DNA of 64,000 nucleotides. Origin: Bugula neritina. Lineage: Eukaryota; Animalia; Bryozoa. This document shows, in pieces, positions 23,328-36,191 of the stretch. The notes beneath the pieces are model-generated. The model did no database searches and was not told where the DNA came from. It worked only from the letters and a program-made list of their open reading frames with translations. Within the stretch, counting starts at the first letter, position 1. Each line of letters begins with the position of its first letter. The stretch spans positions 6,611 through 70,610 of the forward strand of contig CAXIUT010000064.1 in assembly GCA_964035545.1 (NCBI GenBank), in the 5' to 3' direction. Both the position numbers and the translations under genes were made by a program.

Positions 23328-23879
23328 TTACTCCTGTAACTGCACTAATTTTTGTTTATAAAGTTTATATTTTACTTTTATAACCAAGTTATTTTTATCA
23401 TTAACTATATAGTTATAAAGGGGTAAAAATAAATATTTTGTCATGTTTTTTTTTTTTCTTTTAACATTAAGTAAGATAATATTTTTTAAAATATTTATAC
23501 ACAGTATAGTACGACTTTTTTCATTTAAAAATAATAGTTTACTTAAAACTTTTTTTTTTTTTCTAAAAACTTTATTTTTATTAATAAACATACAGTCTAA
23601 TTGTCTAAACTTTCAATATAAAACTCTATCTAAATCTCTAAACGAATAATACTTATTATAAAAAAATAAAAAAGTACTAGATAAAGGTATACTATTAAAT
23701 TTTTCGCGTAATAAATAATTATTATAAAAATATTTTATAATTTTATAAGTTTTTAAAAAATTACCTCTTTTTTTAATTCTATTAACTAAACTATATGTCG
23801 GTGTATTTTTTAAGTATAGAAAATTATATTTTTTTTTATAACATATTTTGTGAGTGAAGTTTTTCCTTAAATTTTCCAT
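23328..23879 (-). CDS. ymf63: Ymf63 / uS7m
   Basis: Two track ORFs joined at TGA; LVNRIKKRG resembles S7; lies between nad2_a and atp9 as in Tetrahymena. Confidence 0.7.
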
Positions 23880-23957
23880 ACTTACATTACAGAAGTAGTA
23901 ATTTACACTATTATAAGATTTTATTAATATTTATAATTATAGTATAGACGTATATAA

Positions 23958-24890
23958 TTAAACAATAAAATTTAATAGCATTAAAGTATTAGTCGCAAAA
24001 CCACTATAAGCAATAAATTCTTGAAAATTATAAACTTTTAATTTTTGTATAAAAAAAAAAAAAATAAAAATAGATAAAAGATTAAATAACTTATAATAGC
24101 TTAAAGTAAAATAAATAAAGTTATGGTTAAAAAAAAAAATAAAAAATATATAATTTATAAAAATAGTTATAATAGAATATGTAATCACAATATCTATAGA
24201 TATATATTTATACAACTCTAATTTTAAATAATGAAATCCTGGAAGGCTTAATTTTAAAATAAAGCTAATTATAAGGAAGTATATTTGTCAATAAGATTTA
24301 TTTGATATAATATAATTTAACTCTACTAAATTTACAGTACCAAATAATTGTATAATAAATAAAATTCCTACTAAAAAAATAATAGTTACAAAAAAATTAT
24401 TAAGTAAATATAATAATAATAAATTTTTTTGTTTTAGTAAACTATTTGTATTAGTTATTTGAATACTATTTAAAAAGAAAAAATAAAAGATAATACTATA
24501 AACTTCTATAATTAAGAAAAATGTAATTAAATTATTAACAAAAAATAAAAAAAATAGAAAAAAAATAATATTATAATTAATAAATAAAATATTTGATTTT
24601 ATATAAAAATTTAAAAAAATACTTAATACTATATATACTAACATAAATGATACGATAATATTAGAATTTACTTCTAACTTTAAAGTTATTAGGTATAAAA
24701 ATAATAGCTTATTAAATAATATAAATATATTATTTTTAAATAAATAGTAATTTAGTTTTTTTATAATATTTAAAGTAAAAAACTTTAAATTTTTAAAAAT
24801 AGAAATTACCAGTAAACTATAAAACATTTCTGCATATATATACATATACAAAAAAATGAAATTTCAAAAAAAAAAATTTAGATTTATCAC
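23958..24890 (-). CDS. ymf65: NADH dehydrogenase subunit 2, N-terminal part (ymf65 / nad2_a)
   Basis: LIIEVYS and KLSLPGFHYLKLELY motifs; very hydrophobic. Confidence 0.82.
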
Positions 24891-25048
24891 ATTATATTAA
24901 TTTTTTTGTTAAATATTTTTTTAAATTACGTTTTTTTTTTTTTATATTTTTAGAATAATTGATTACTAAAATATGTGATCTTAATAAATTTAAATAATTT
25001 ATTTTTAAATTCTTATAATAATTTAATAATATTATTAAAGTCTATAAA

Positions 25049-25411
25049 CTATACTTGTCATTCTAATGAATTAAATATTAAATCATAAACAAGAGTTAAT
25101 ATCAATAAAGCAATAAATAAAACTAATAAAAAAATAGAAATAAAATTTATAGATGATATATTTAGGGATAAGGGTATTAAAATTAAAAATTCTCCGTCGT
25201 AAATAACCAAAAATAGGAGTATTAGTATAAAATTTATGTTATATTGTATTTTTATATTATTTAGTGACTTAAAACCACATTCATAAAAATTTAATTTATA
25301 ATTAAAATTTTTATTACTATAAAAAAATTTTAATATATAAGTAATTATTCAAAATATAAGCGAGAGAAAAAAGGCATTTAAAATAACATAACTTATAGTA
25401 ATACTTATCAC
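25049..25411 (-). CDS. nad3: NADH dehydrogenase subunit 3
   Basis: FYECGF, YDGEFLILIPY and C-terminal LEW. Confidence 0.93.
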
Positions 25412-25423
25412 TTAATTAAACTT

Positions 25424-25747
25424 TTATCATTTAATAAAAATTTTAGTTTTAAATCTAATTGAATTTATACGATATAATAAGTTAAGCTTAAAAAAGGAAA
25501 TAATAAAAAAATACATTAATAATTTATTTTTAAAAAACCGTATTAAATTTATAGTATAATTTATAGATATATTATAATTATAATTATTATTAAAAGACAA
25601 TACTTTTCGTTTTCCTATATTAAAGTGTTTTGGTGATCTTAAAAAAATTAAAGTTTGTTTATTTTTTTTTTTTAAAAATTTTTTTGAAAAAAAAATTCCT
25701 CTAATATAAAAGTTAAAAATTATAGCTTTATAGTTTAATTTATACAA
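25424..25747 (-). CDS. rps10: Ribosomal protein uS10m (ymf59)
   Basis: LRSPKHFNIGK motif; follows rpl16. Confidence 0.75.
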
Positions 25748-26186
25748 TTTTTACTAATTTTTTTTTTTTATAAGTATTCAAGTAAAAATTAACATTTAAT
25801 TTCATTTTAATATATTTTATAATATTTCTTATTAACTGAAAATAATAATTTTTTAATAGAACTATAGGCTTATTACATTTTACTATAGATGCAACTCTTA
25901 CATAAGAGCCAACACCTGATCCCATTCTAGAATTTTTTGATTTCATAGTTAATAAAAAATTAGGTCTAACCATTAATCAATATTTTTTAGTTAAATATGT
26001 AATATCTTTTTTAAAATACTTTTTTCTAAATAATTTTTTTAGTACTCTAAAATATACTAATTCAAATCTTATTTGATTAATCGTATATACTCCATAATTA
26101 AATTTTCATTTTTTATATATTTTAGTTTTATAGAATTTACGTCTTTTAAATATATGATTTTTTTTTATTAAGTAGTTTAAATTCAA
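25740..26186 (-). CDS. rpl16: Ribosomal protein uL16m
   Basis: PNFLLTMKSKNSRMGSGVG; TTG start inferred. Confidence 0.92.
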
Positions 26187-26189
26187 CTT

Positions 26190-26830
26190 TTACAACTTTA
26201 AACTGATTTTTGCATTTATACCGATATCAATTTTATTACTCATTTTATGCATATTAATACATAAATACATATGTATATACGTATATAAATTGTATACATA
26301 AATATAAACTTATTAAATTTTTACTAAAAAAAATACTTTATTAAAATTAAATATTATAAATTAAATAAAATTTTTATTAAAATAATTTTTTTATATTATT
26401 AAGTATAGATATATTATTAATACAATTATATTTTAAAAAATTTGAAATTTACAAATAACATAAGAATAATAACTATAAATACTGTTATATATATATATAT
26501 GGGTGTGGGTTTATTGAATTTCAATTTAATCCTATAAATAAAGAAAAAATATAATAATAATAATAATAAATAAAAATTTTATGAATGCATATAAATAGAT
26601 ATTATTAATAAAATTAAACATAATAGTGAATAATATACATATAAATATATGTTAATATTACTAAATTTAATATAAAATTTTTGTTTATATTATAACTTAA
26701 AATAAATAACATAATTAACAATATTAAAAATAATTTAACTACATTTATATCTAAAAGCTATAATTTAAGAAAATTATATTTATATATATATACGTGTAAC
26801 TATATTTTATTAGTAATATTAGCGGTAGTA
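26190..26830 (-). pseudogene. Decayed duplicate of the yejR 3' half
   Basis: Colinear with ~27120-27780, with stops and TA insertions. Confidence 0.8.
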
Positions 26831-26879
26831 GAAAAAACAGTAGTAAGTATTTCGTCAAATATATAAACACAAAAAACTA

Positions 26880-27118
26880 TATTTCTAATTATTAAAATAT
26901 TTTATTTATATATTCAGTATCTTTTTTTTTAATATTTTTTTTTAATAACCTTTTTAATGATCTAAAATATCCCAATTCAAATATCATTTGATTAACTATA
27001 CATATAAATGTATATATTAATAATAATTAAATTTTTATTTTGTATAAATTTTAGTTTTATAAAATTTACGATTTCTAGATATATAATTCTATTTTACTAA
27101 ATAATTTAAATTTAACTT
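26880..27118 (-). pseudogene. Decayed duplicate of the rpl16 5' half
   Basis: Colinear with ~25980-26190; start codon lost and TA-rich insertion present. Confidence 0.8.
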
Positions 27119-27203
27119 TTATAAATTTAAATTTATTTTTACACTCATAATCATATCAACTTCATTACTCATCTCACCATTATTAGTATATATACATGTG
27201 TAT

Positions 27204-28316
27204 TTAAACATACATATTTATTAAATTTTTACTAAAGAATATTTTATTAAAATTAAGCATTATAAAATGATTAAATTTTTTATTAAAATAATTTTTTACA
27301 TTATTAAGTATAAATATATTATTAGCATAATTATATTTTAAGAAATTATAATTAAATTTTAAAAAGTTATAATTATAACTTAAAAAATAATAATTAAATT
27401 TTATAAAAAATTGAAGTTTACAGATAATATAAAAAATAATAACTACAAATATTATTATATGTGTAAAGAGAAAATTTATTAAATTTCAATTCAACATTAT
27501 AAACAAAAAAAAAAATATAATAATAAATAAAGATTTTATAAATACATATAAATAAACATTATTAATAAAATTAAATATAATAGCGAATACATATATATAC
27601 AAATATATATTAATATTACTGAATTTAATATTAAAATTTTTGTTTATACTATAACTTAAAATAAATAACATAGTTAATAATATTAAAAATAATTTAACTA
27701 CATTTATATCTAAAAGTTGTGAATTGAAAAAGTTATGTTTCGTATAAATATAACTATATCTTATTAATAGTAGTAAGTAGATTAGTAGACTAATATTTCA
27801 TAATTTATATAAATATAAATAATTATTTTTATGAATATTACATATATATACGTATGATAAAAATATAATAACATATTCTATAGAATCATTAGATCAATAC
27901 ACACCTCAATTAAAAACATATAAAGCTCATAAACTACCTAGTATAAATGAAATAACTGTAATACTTAAAAGAAAATTAAAACTTAATTTATTTATACTAT
28001 TATAATACTTAAGTATTAAGGTATTTATATAAAAAATTATAGATAAGTAAAATAAATAAGGATGTAATTTGAAAAAACCACAAAAAAATGAATTAATAAA
28101 AAAAAAAAAAACTAATTTATATTTAAATAAAAAAATAAAAATAAATAAATTATTATAAAAGTAGTATATAATATAAAAAAAAAAAATTACGATACTATAA
28201 TTAATGAAAATATCATTTAAACTTATTAAAAATTGTAAAAAAAATGTTAATTTTTTAAATAGTAATATATAATTAAATTTTATAAAATTAATAATATTAA
28301 AAATCAAATTATACAA
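27204..28316 (-). CDS. yejR: Heme lyase CcmF-like protein
   Basis: LHPYLFY and LGSLWALYVFNWGVYWSNDSIE (CcmF Trp-rich motif). Confidence 0.9.
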
Positions 28317-28788
28317 TTTTATTGGTTTTAAACAAATTTCTAAGTACTCTTCTTTTTATATTTTTTTTTTTTTTTTTAATATAATTTCAGCTATTAGTAC
28401 TTATAAAATAATGAAACTCAGGTTTTAATAGATAGAAAAATTTTTTTATTAATAAGTAATTTTTAAAATTAAAATTTTTACAATAAAATATGAAAACAGA
28501 ATTTATTTTTTTTTTTAACTTTTTGTTTAGTATGTTTATTATAGAACTAAAATTTTTTATAGATTTTTTAAAATATTTTAATTTTTTAATTTTTTTTCCT
28601 AATAACTGTCCTGAACTTAAAATATAAAATCTATTTTTATAAAAAAATTTAAAATATAATAGTTTTTTATGCATAAAAACAGATAAATAAAACAGTTTAT
28701 ATTTACTATAATTTATTGATGAAAAATTTGTATTATAATAAATATTTATTATTTTTTTAAAATTTATTTGCTCTTTTTTTATATTCAT
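28309..28788 (-). CDS. ymf61: Ymf61 / uS11m
   Basis: Basic; ILSSGQL resembles the S11 motif; directly upstream of yejR as in Tetrahymena. Confidence 0.6.
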
Positions 28789-29031
28789 TTATAAATTTAA
28801 TAGTAAAAAACTTAAAGCTACTTCTAAACCTCCCAATATTATAACTATAAAACTAAAACCAAAAATTCAATTTAAATTAAAAATTAGAGATGTGAAAATA
28901 TAAGAATAAAATAACAATATTAAAATAAATTCAGAATTTAAAATTAAAGTTAAAAAGTTTTTTAAAAATAAGTTAAAAGTTATTAGTAAAATAAATATTA
29001 TTGTGAAATAGAGCTTTAATCAAAATGTCAT
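28789..29031 (-). CDS. nad4L: NADH dehydrogenase subunit 4L (ymf58)
   Basis: 80-aa hydrophobic ORF with LILNSEF and GGLEVALS. Confidence 0.85.
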
Positions 29032-29038
29032 AGTTACT

Positions 29039-29176
29039 TTAATTACTTAATAAAAAAAAATTTTTTTTCTTTAAATAATTAACTCAATAGCTATTATATC
29101 AAATTTTCTTTTTACTTATTTTTTTCTTTTTATTCAGTATTTTACTTTTAAACTTAAACCTTTTTGGAACTGCCAC
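29039..29176 (-). CDS. rpl32: Putative ribosomal protein bL32 (45 aa)
   Basis: MAVPKRFKFKSKILNKKKKISKKKIWYNSYWVNYLKKKNFFLLSN; GTG start abuts the nad9 stop; MAVPK(R/K) is the bL32 N-terminal signature. Confidence 0.6.
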
Positions 29177-29648
29177 TTATACTTTTATATCGTTAATAAT
29201 AGTATTATATTGATTATATACTAATTGATTATTATAATTATAATTTAATAATAGTTTTCTACTATCATTTAAATTTATAAAATTTATTTTATTAAATTCT
29301 TTTAATTCCCTTTCTAATCAAGAATTTCCTTGATAAATACTTGATAAAGAATTTAAATATTTAAATATATCTATATCTACTAATATTTTAAAATCTAAAA
29401 AGAAACTTTGTAACGCTAAATAATATTTTTTTATGTTACAGTTATTTATAATAACTGCATCTATACTAGAAATTAATAAATTATTAATATTTTTTTTATT
29501 TAATAAAAAAAAAAAAAAAAAAAACTTTATTAGTTAAAGTTATTTTATAAATATTAGTAATTTTAGAATATTTAAAATTAATATTATTATTAATAATGTA
29601 ACAATCTAATCATCAGAGTTTATTATTTAAAAATTTTTTTTTATTCAA
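29177..29648 (-). CDS. nad9: NADH dehydrogenase subunit 9 (one frameshift in a 20-nt homopolymer as read)
   Basis: SLSSIYQGNSWLERELKEF and DSRKLLLNY; the N-terminal part (TTG 29648) is in a different frame across the A20 run at 29505-29524. Confidence 0.88.
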
Positions 29649-31216
29649 TTAACAAAATAAAAAACTAAAGTTAACAATAATATTAAAAAACTTAAAAAAT
29701 CTAATATATATTTTTCTTTTTTCTGTATATCTGTAAAATCAAAATTATCATCTAATTTTTCAGGTACACCATATAATATAGTAAATAAGAATTTACAAAA
29801 AAATATAACACTTAAAAAATTAATAAAAAATATAATAACAATACACAAAAAGGAGTGTAATTCTAAAGCTAATGTAATAAGATTTCATTCTATAAAAAAT
29901 TTTATAGTAATAGGGAAACCTGAAAATAATAATAATAAAAATCAAATATATTTTTGTAAATCTGGAAAAAATATACTTACCCCTCTTACCATATTAACTG
30001 CTCTAGTATTAAATCTACGCTGTAATATATCGATAATATAAAACATTAGGGAAGACATTATTCCGTGTAATATCACAAAAAGTATACATACATTTGTTAG
30101 AAATAGTTGTTTAAATACTAAAAATAAAAGCATAAAACTCATTTCCTGTATAGTTGCTCAAGCTATTAATTTTTTTATATCAGTTTGCATTGCTAACCCC
30201 AGTGTACTAATTACTAAACTAAAAATAATTCAAATTATTACATAAATAAATAAATCATTATATTTAAATAAGCCTAAAATTATATATAAACAATAAAATG
30301 CAGATTTTACTAAAAAACCGCTTAAAAACATAGAAAATGCAGTTGGAGCTTCAACATGAACTTTTAAAAGTCAGTAATGAAATGGTGCTAGTGGTATTTT
30401 AGTGCCAAAACCAACTATAATATTAATAAATAATATTATATTTTCATATTTAGAAAACTTCACTTCATTTAAATATATATAATTTAAAGTGTTATATTTA
30501 AAGTATATATATCCTAAACTAGATAAAACTAATAATGAACCGAATAAAGTTCAGTAAAATAAAATTGATACAGATTTATCATTTTTTTTTGAGTATCCTA
30601 ATGTATATGCATAATAAACAGTTGGTAAAAAAATAAAATCAAAACTAATAAACATTATTAGTAAATTATTGGTGCTTACCATTACTGTAACAAAAGTTAT
30701 AAAAAAAAAAAATATACTTATATTACTAATACGTTCAAAAAGATTTTTAGTACTTATAACATCTAAACAAATTAAACCAGTAAATAACATTAGCATTAAA
30801 ATTGCGTCACTAAATGAAGTAGAAAAAATTGCAAAATGCTCCATGTATCCTAGATTACTATTAGACAAATAAAATGAAATTCTAACGTAATGAAAGTAAT
30901 GACCTAATGCTTGTTCAACTTTTAATGCTAAATAAAATTTTATTATTATTAAAAAGGTTATAATAAATATAAAAATCATGTTAAAATATCATAAAACTTT
31001 TAAAATTTGTTTGTTATTATTAAAAAAAATATTAATAATATAATTCAGAACGCCTAAAGTTAAAAATGTGATTAATAGTACATTATATGTAGCTATTGAA
31101 TATTTTATATAAACAGTATATTCTGGAACCTTTTCGTAAGATAAGTTTTTTCCAAATATGTTAACAAAAGATTTAATAAAAATAAAAAAGTCATCATATA
31201 TTTTTTTTAAATTCAC
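29627..31216 (-). CDS. nad4: NADH dehydrogenase subunit 4
   Basis: Four track ORFs in one frame; KIPLAPFHYWLLKVHVEAPT and DIKKLIAWATIQEM. Confidence 0.95.
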
Positions 31217-31224
31217 TTAACAAT

Positions 31225-31476
31225 TTATTTACTTAGTAACCTTATAGAATTGGGGAAAAAAAAACAAAAACAAAAAATTAAATAAAATCATCAATTATAG
31301 GTTAATAGTAATACAATATTATAAAATACACTATAAACTAAATATATTACAATTATATTAATATAAATTGAAAAATAAAAAGTTACTCTAACATTTTGTC
31401 TATTTCTTGAATATCTACTTTTATTAAAAATTCTAACTTTTCGTACAAAATTCATTAAAATATTTATTACATCCAT
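31225..31476 (-). CDS. ymf70: Ymf70
   Basis: RIFNKSRYSRNRQ motif; upstream of nad4. Confidence 0.85.
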
Positions 31477-31718
31477 TTAACTTTAAAATAAAATCACTTT
31501 TTATAGAAAATATCTTTTAAATTAATAGCTCTAGAAGCTTTAGAAAAATAAAATTGTAAGAAGTCTTTATTGCTCAGTAAAAAAAAAATACTTTTTTTCT
31601 TTTTTACATAAAACGCTTTAATTATTTTATATATAATATAACTATTTAAGTTATAATTTTTTTTTTTTTTATATATAAATACATTGGAAAATAAAATATA
31701 TTTGCTTATTAATAACAA
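31467..31718 (-). CDS. Hypothetical 83-aa basic protein (possibly a uS2m/Ymf73-like fragment)
   Basis: Open frame through TGA 31494 to TAA 31467; SIFFLLSNK...KKW spacing loosely resembles S2. Confidence 0.4.
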
Positions 31719-31957
31719 CTACATTAGATATATATATATATATATATTTTAATTATAATATAGAGTGCTGTATAGGTTATAAACTTAGCATATAAATCGT
31801 ATAAATTTGTATAATAATCAATATCTTTAGTATTTATAGTTACACTAGCAATAATTTATAATTATTAATAAAATTATGTGTGTGTGATAAAAATTTTTTA
31901 TTAATTATATTTTGTATTATTGTAAAACTTTATAAAACTATAATTTTTTTCTAACAA

Positions 31958-32212
31958 CTATATTAATGTTAAAATAAATAATTGGTTTATAATATTTAAA
32001 ATAATAAAAATTAAAATAAAATTATTATAAAAACTATAATTAAATTTAAATAATTTTATTTTCATTTTTTTTATTAAATGTAAATAAATATGTATACAAT
32101 TAATTTGCTTAATTGAAAAGTATTGATTATTTTTTAAAAAAAATAAATTTAAAAAAAATTTATATGTTGGTCTATTTAATAAATTATCGTAAAAATTTAA
32201 AAAAAATTTCAT
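31958..32212 (-). CDS. Hypothetical 84-aa protein
   Basis: ATG preceded by TAA, 5 nt after the rpl14 stop; hydrophobic C-terminus. Confidence 0.5.
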   Translation of the reverse strand: MKFFLNFYDNLLNRPTYKFFLNLFFLKNNQYFSIKQINCIHIYLHLIKKMKIKLFKFNYSFYNNFILIFIILNIINQLFILTLI

Positions 32213-32217
32213 TTATA

Positions 32218-32577
32218 TTAAAAAATACATCTATAAGCAATTTTAAACTTTTTTATTTTTAATTGTTTACTAGTAGGACCGTATAACTCTTTACCTCTAG
32301 AATTCATTCTTTTTTTCAATAAAACTAATGCATTGTCAAAAAAATTATAATATTTTCCTTTCTTTATATAAATTATATGTTTAGATCTTACTACTATAGC
32401 TCTACTTTTTTTTTTTTTTATTCTATTTAATGATACTTTTGTATTTCTTACAACTACTCTTAAAAATCTACCAATTTTAGCATGTTTAAGTGTGCTACAC
32501 TTTCTAGTTTGAATTGTTTTTACCAATAATATACCACTTGAATCACTTGGAACAGAAAAAGTATTTTTTTGAAACAT
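32218..32577 (-). CDS. rpl14: Ribosomal protein uL14m
   Basis: DSSG, RAIVVRS, FFDNALVLL and YGP. Confidence 0.93.
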   Translation of the reverse strand: MFQKNTFSVPSDSSGILLVKTIQTRKCSTLKHAKIGRFLRVVVRNTKVSLNRIKKKKSRAIVVRSKHIIYIKKGKYYNFFDNALVLLKKRMNSRGKELYGPTSKQLKIKKFKIAYRCIF

Positions 32578-32587
32578 TTATTTTTTT

Positions 32588-33193
32588 TTACTTAAATATT
32601 CTTATCTTCACGTTATAATTACTTTGATGTACTGAATTTTGTTTTCTTAATAAGTAAAGATTGTTTTTTTTTTTTATATTATTTTTTTGAACTAATTTTA
32701 ATGAAAAAAATAATAAAATAAAAAAAATACTAAATAATGTAATTATAAATAATGTAAAAATGGTTATTAATACTGATTTTTCAAAATAAAAGTTATAAAT
32801 ATACATAAAATCATTTAACATAATATTATTACTATAAAAGTTTTTATAGCTTATTATATTGAAATCAAAATAAGATAAATTAGTTATTAGTATAATATAT
32901 AATATAAAGTAGTAATTAGTATTTTTTTTAAAATTATAGTAATTATACAATTGTGTATACATAACTATAAATATAAGTAGTACACTTAGCTCACATAAAA
33001 TAAATAATAAGGTAACACCATCCAACTTATATCATATACTAATAGATGAAATAATACCAAAGTTTATAAATAATAAAATAAATTTCTGTCTTAAATTTAT
33101 AGTAACTATAAAACTATTTAAGATGTATAAATATAAAATAAATAGTAATAAATATAGTATACTAACTGAATTTATAAATGTTTTTAATATCAA
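32588..33193 (-). CDS. nad6: NADH dehydrogenase subunit 6 (ymf62)
   Basis: LDGVTLLFILCELSV and NDFMYIY; between nad1_a and rpl14. Confidence 0.8.
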
Positions 33194-33258
33194 CTAATGA
33201 ACAAATAACATATAAATATTGTAGATATACATATATATATATATATATATTTATTTAG

Positions 33259-34011
33259 TTAATTTCAACCATTAAAAAAAATTAAAATATAAACAACAGA
33301 AAAACAGTATAAATGAAAATATTCTCCTAAGTAAAATAGTGCAAAAAAAAAACCTCCCATTTCAGTAGTATGTCCAGCTATTAACTCTGATTCTGCTTCT
33401 GCTAAATCGAAAGGTATTCTACCAGTTTCTAATAAAAATGTTATGATAATTATAGGAAGTATTGGAAGGCACAGAAAGAAGCCATTTAAAAAAAAGGATT
33501 GTAAGTTTACAGATTGATAAAATGAAAATGACTCAAAAAACATTATTAAAAATATAAATATAAAATTTAAAAATATTTCTAAATTAAAACTAATAATTAT
33601 TATTCTATTAGAAGCTAAAATAGAATATTTATTTTTACTACTTCACCCTACCAAAAATAATAGTAATGTAAAAAGAATTGATAAAATACCCATAAATATA
33701 ATATTATATTCAATTTCAAATAAACTTAAATTAGGACCTCAAATTAAATTAATTCAAAATAAATAACACATTATTAAAACTAAAGAGGGAAATAGTAAGA
33801 ATAAAAATTTATTTAATTTTGTTAAAATATAAATATGTTTTAATAACAATTTTAATGCATCTGCAATAAACTGTAGACGGCCTTTATAGCCAATATAATT
33901 AGGTCCTACTCTTCTTTGTACTAATGAAAGAATTTTTCTTTCTATTAAGGTTATAACTGCTACTATAACAGTCAATATTAAAAATAAAATTATATTGAAT
34001 ATAAAAATCAT
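33259..34011 (-). CDS. nad1_a: NADH dehydrogenase subunit 1, N-terminal part (nad1_a)
   Basis: [20 protein letters not shown] and [13 protein letters not shown]. Confidence 0.96.
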
Positions 34012-34051
34012 ATCTTATATAATTTAATATATTTTTTATTAAAAATAATTA

Positions 34052-36184
34052 TTAAATAAATACTATATTTTTAAATATTATAGTTCTAGATTTTATAAAA
34101 GGAAGTATTGTAAGTCGATTAAAATTAACAATACTACGTGAAAATTTTAACCTAAAAAGAGTATAATCAATATATAGTCTAGGGATTAAATTGTACAAAT
34201 AAGGTATTAATTTTTTTTCTAAAGTAGATTCAAATAAAGCAGTATAAAAACAAAAAACTCCGATCATAGTAGTTAAATGTCCTACAGTAGCTAAAGATTG
34301 TCACCCTAAATACATAAGAGGAAAATCATGTAATCTTCTAGGTAACCCTGAAAATGCTAATCAGAATAAAGGTAAAAACGTCATTCATTGACCTACAGTA
34401 TAATATACTATGTGTGAAAAACTAAATAATTTTGAATACTTTAACTGTAGTAAAGAATAATAATAGTAGTAAAAACCTACAAATATACCCATAACAACAG
34501 CTCCTGATAACATTAAATGAAAATGGGCTACTACATATAAACTATCATGCATAGAGATATTTAAACTTACATGTGATAATCACATACCTGTAAAACCTGC
34601 AACTAAAAAAAAAAATATAAAAGAAGTTATTCCATATAATATAATATTGTTCCTTATTAAACCGTTTAAAAGAGTATAAGTTCAATTAACAACTTTTATA
34701 GTAGCGGGTAGAGAGATCATAATAGTTATAGTACTATATAGAGATCTACTTCTATGATCTAGTCCAACTAGATACATATGATGTCCCCACACTAAAAAAC
34801 CCATGTAATTCATAACGTATATAGCTCAAATTAAATGATGTTTTGACGCAACTCTTCTTGACGATGTAGTAGGTAATACTGAGTTAATAATTCCAAATGC
34901 TGGAATAATAAGTACATATACTTCAGGGTGTCCAAAAAATCAAAATAGATGCTGAAAAAATATAGGATCTCCACCATATGCGAAATCAAAAAATGAAGTT
35001 TTTCAATGCCTATCTGTTAATAACATTAACATAGCTGAACCTAATATTGGTGTAATTATTGATAACGTTCTTAACATTAGTAATATAGTTATACTTATAA
35101 ATGGCAATAAAACTCTTCTATTTCTTAACCCAGACATAGACAAAGCTCTTCTGGTGATTAATAAGTTTACTAAACTGATTGTTGTACTTATTCCTGCATA
35201 ATAAATTCCTAAAATTAACATATCTTGTATACCAAAACCTGTATATTCAGGATTTGACGAAAAGGGTGTTATAAAGGTTCAACCAGCAACTGTTTGTGAT
35301 GCATTAGCACATTTAATTAAAAATCTTTTTTGTCTTTTTTGAGAAATAGCATTTTTAGTTAATGATCATAAACTGTCTGATGAATTATACAAATCTTTTC
35401 AAAATATTAGCTTATAACTATAACTATCGCTATCTTTATCAAAAATTGTTAAATCATATCTAGTTTTTTTATGTAATTGTAATTTTAAAATTATTTTTGT
35501 TTTTTTTTCATAATATGTTTTCTGATCTATTTCATTATTATCTAAAGCTCTTTTTATTTTTTCTAGTGCTTTTTGTATTATTAAATATGGTCCCATAAAA
35601 TCATAATCATTTAATAATCTTTTTATATTCATAATAATCTCATCATATTTAAATTGTTGCATATAATGATCTACTTTAGTTAAACTAGAGAAATAAGATG
35701 TACTTATTTCATTTGTTCAAAACTCTAATCTCATAGAACCCATTTTAGCTATTAATAAAAATCCACATGGTTGTATTCAAAAACCCATATTATTTAATCT
35801 TGGATATGCAACATCTTTACTACCCACATGGTAAGGTAAAAAATAGTTAGCAAACCCTCCAAAAAAAATAGGCACTACTACGAAAAATATCATAATTAAG
35901 GCATGGGCTGTTATTACTTGTAAATATTTTAAAGAATCTCCATTAAAGAAAGGGCTTCCAGGGTAAGCCATTTCTAATCTAATACAAGTAGCTAAATACG
36001 AACCCATTATAGCTGATATTAATGTGTAGAAGAAATATAGTAAACCTAATTTTTTATGATTTATAGTATAAAATCATTTTTTTAAACTAAACTTTTTAAG
36101 TATTGATAACTCTTCAATAATATATATATTTAAATCTATTAATTGTTTGTTTATTTTTATTTTTAAATTTTTTATTAAATCCAG
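34052..36184 (-). CDS. cox1: Cytochrome c oxidase subunit 1 with ciliate-type insertion (~35340-35700); CTG start inferred
   Basis: [40 protein letters not shown] and VVAHFH. Confidence 0.97.
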
Positions 36185-36191
36185 TTAAATA

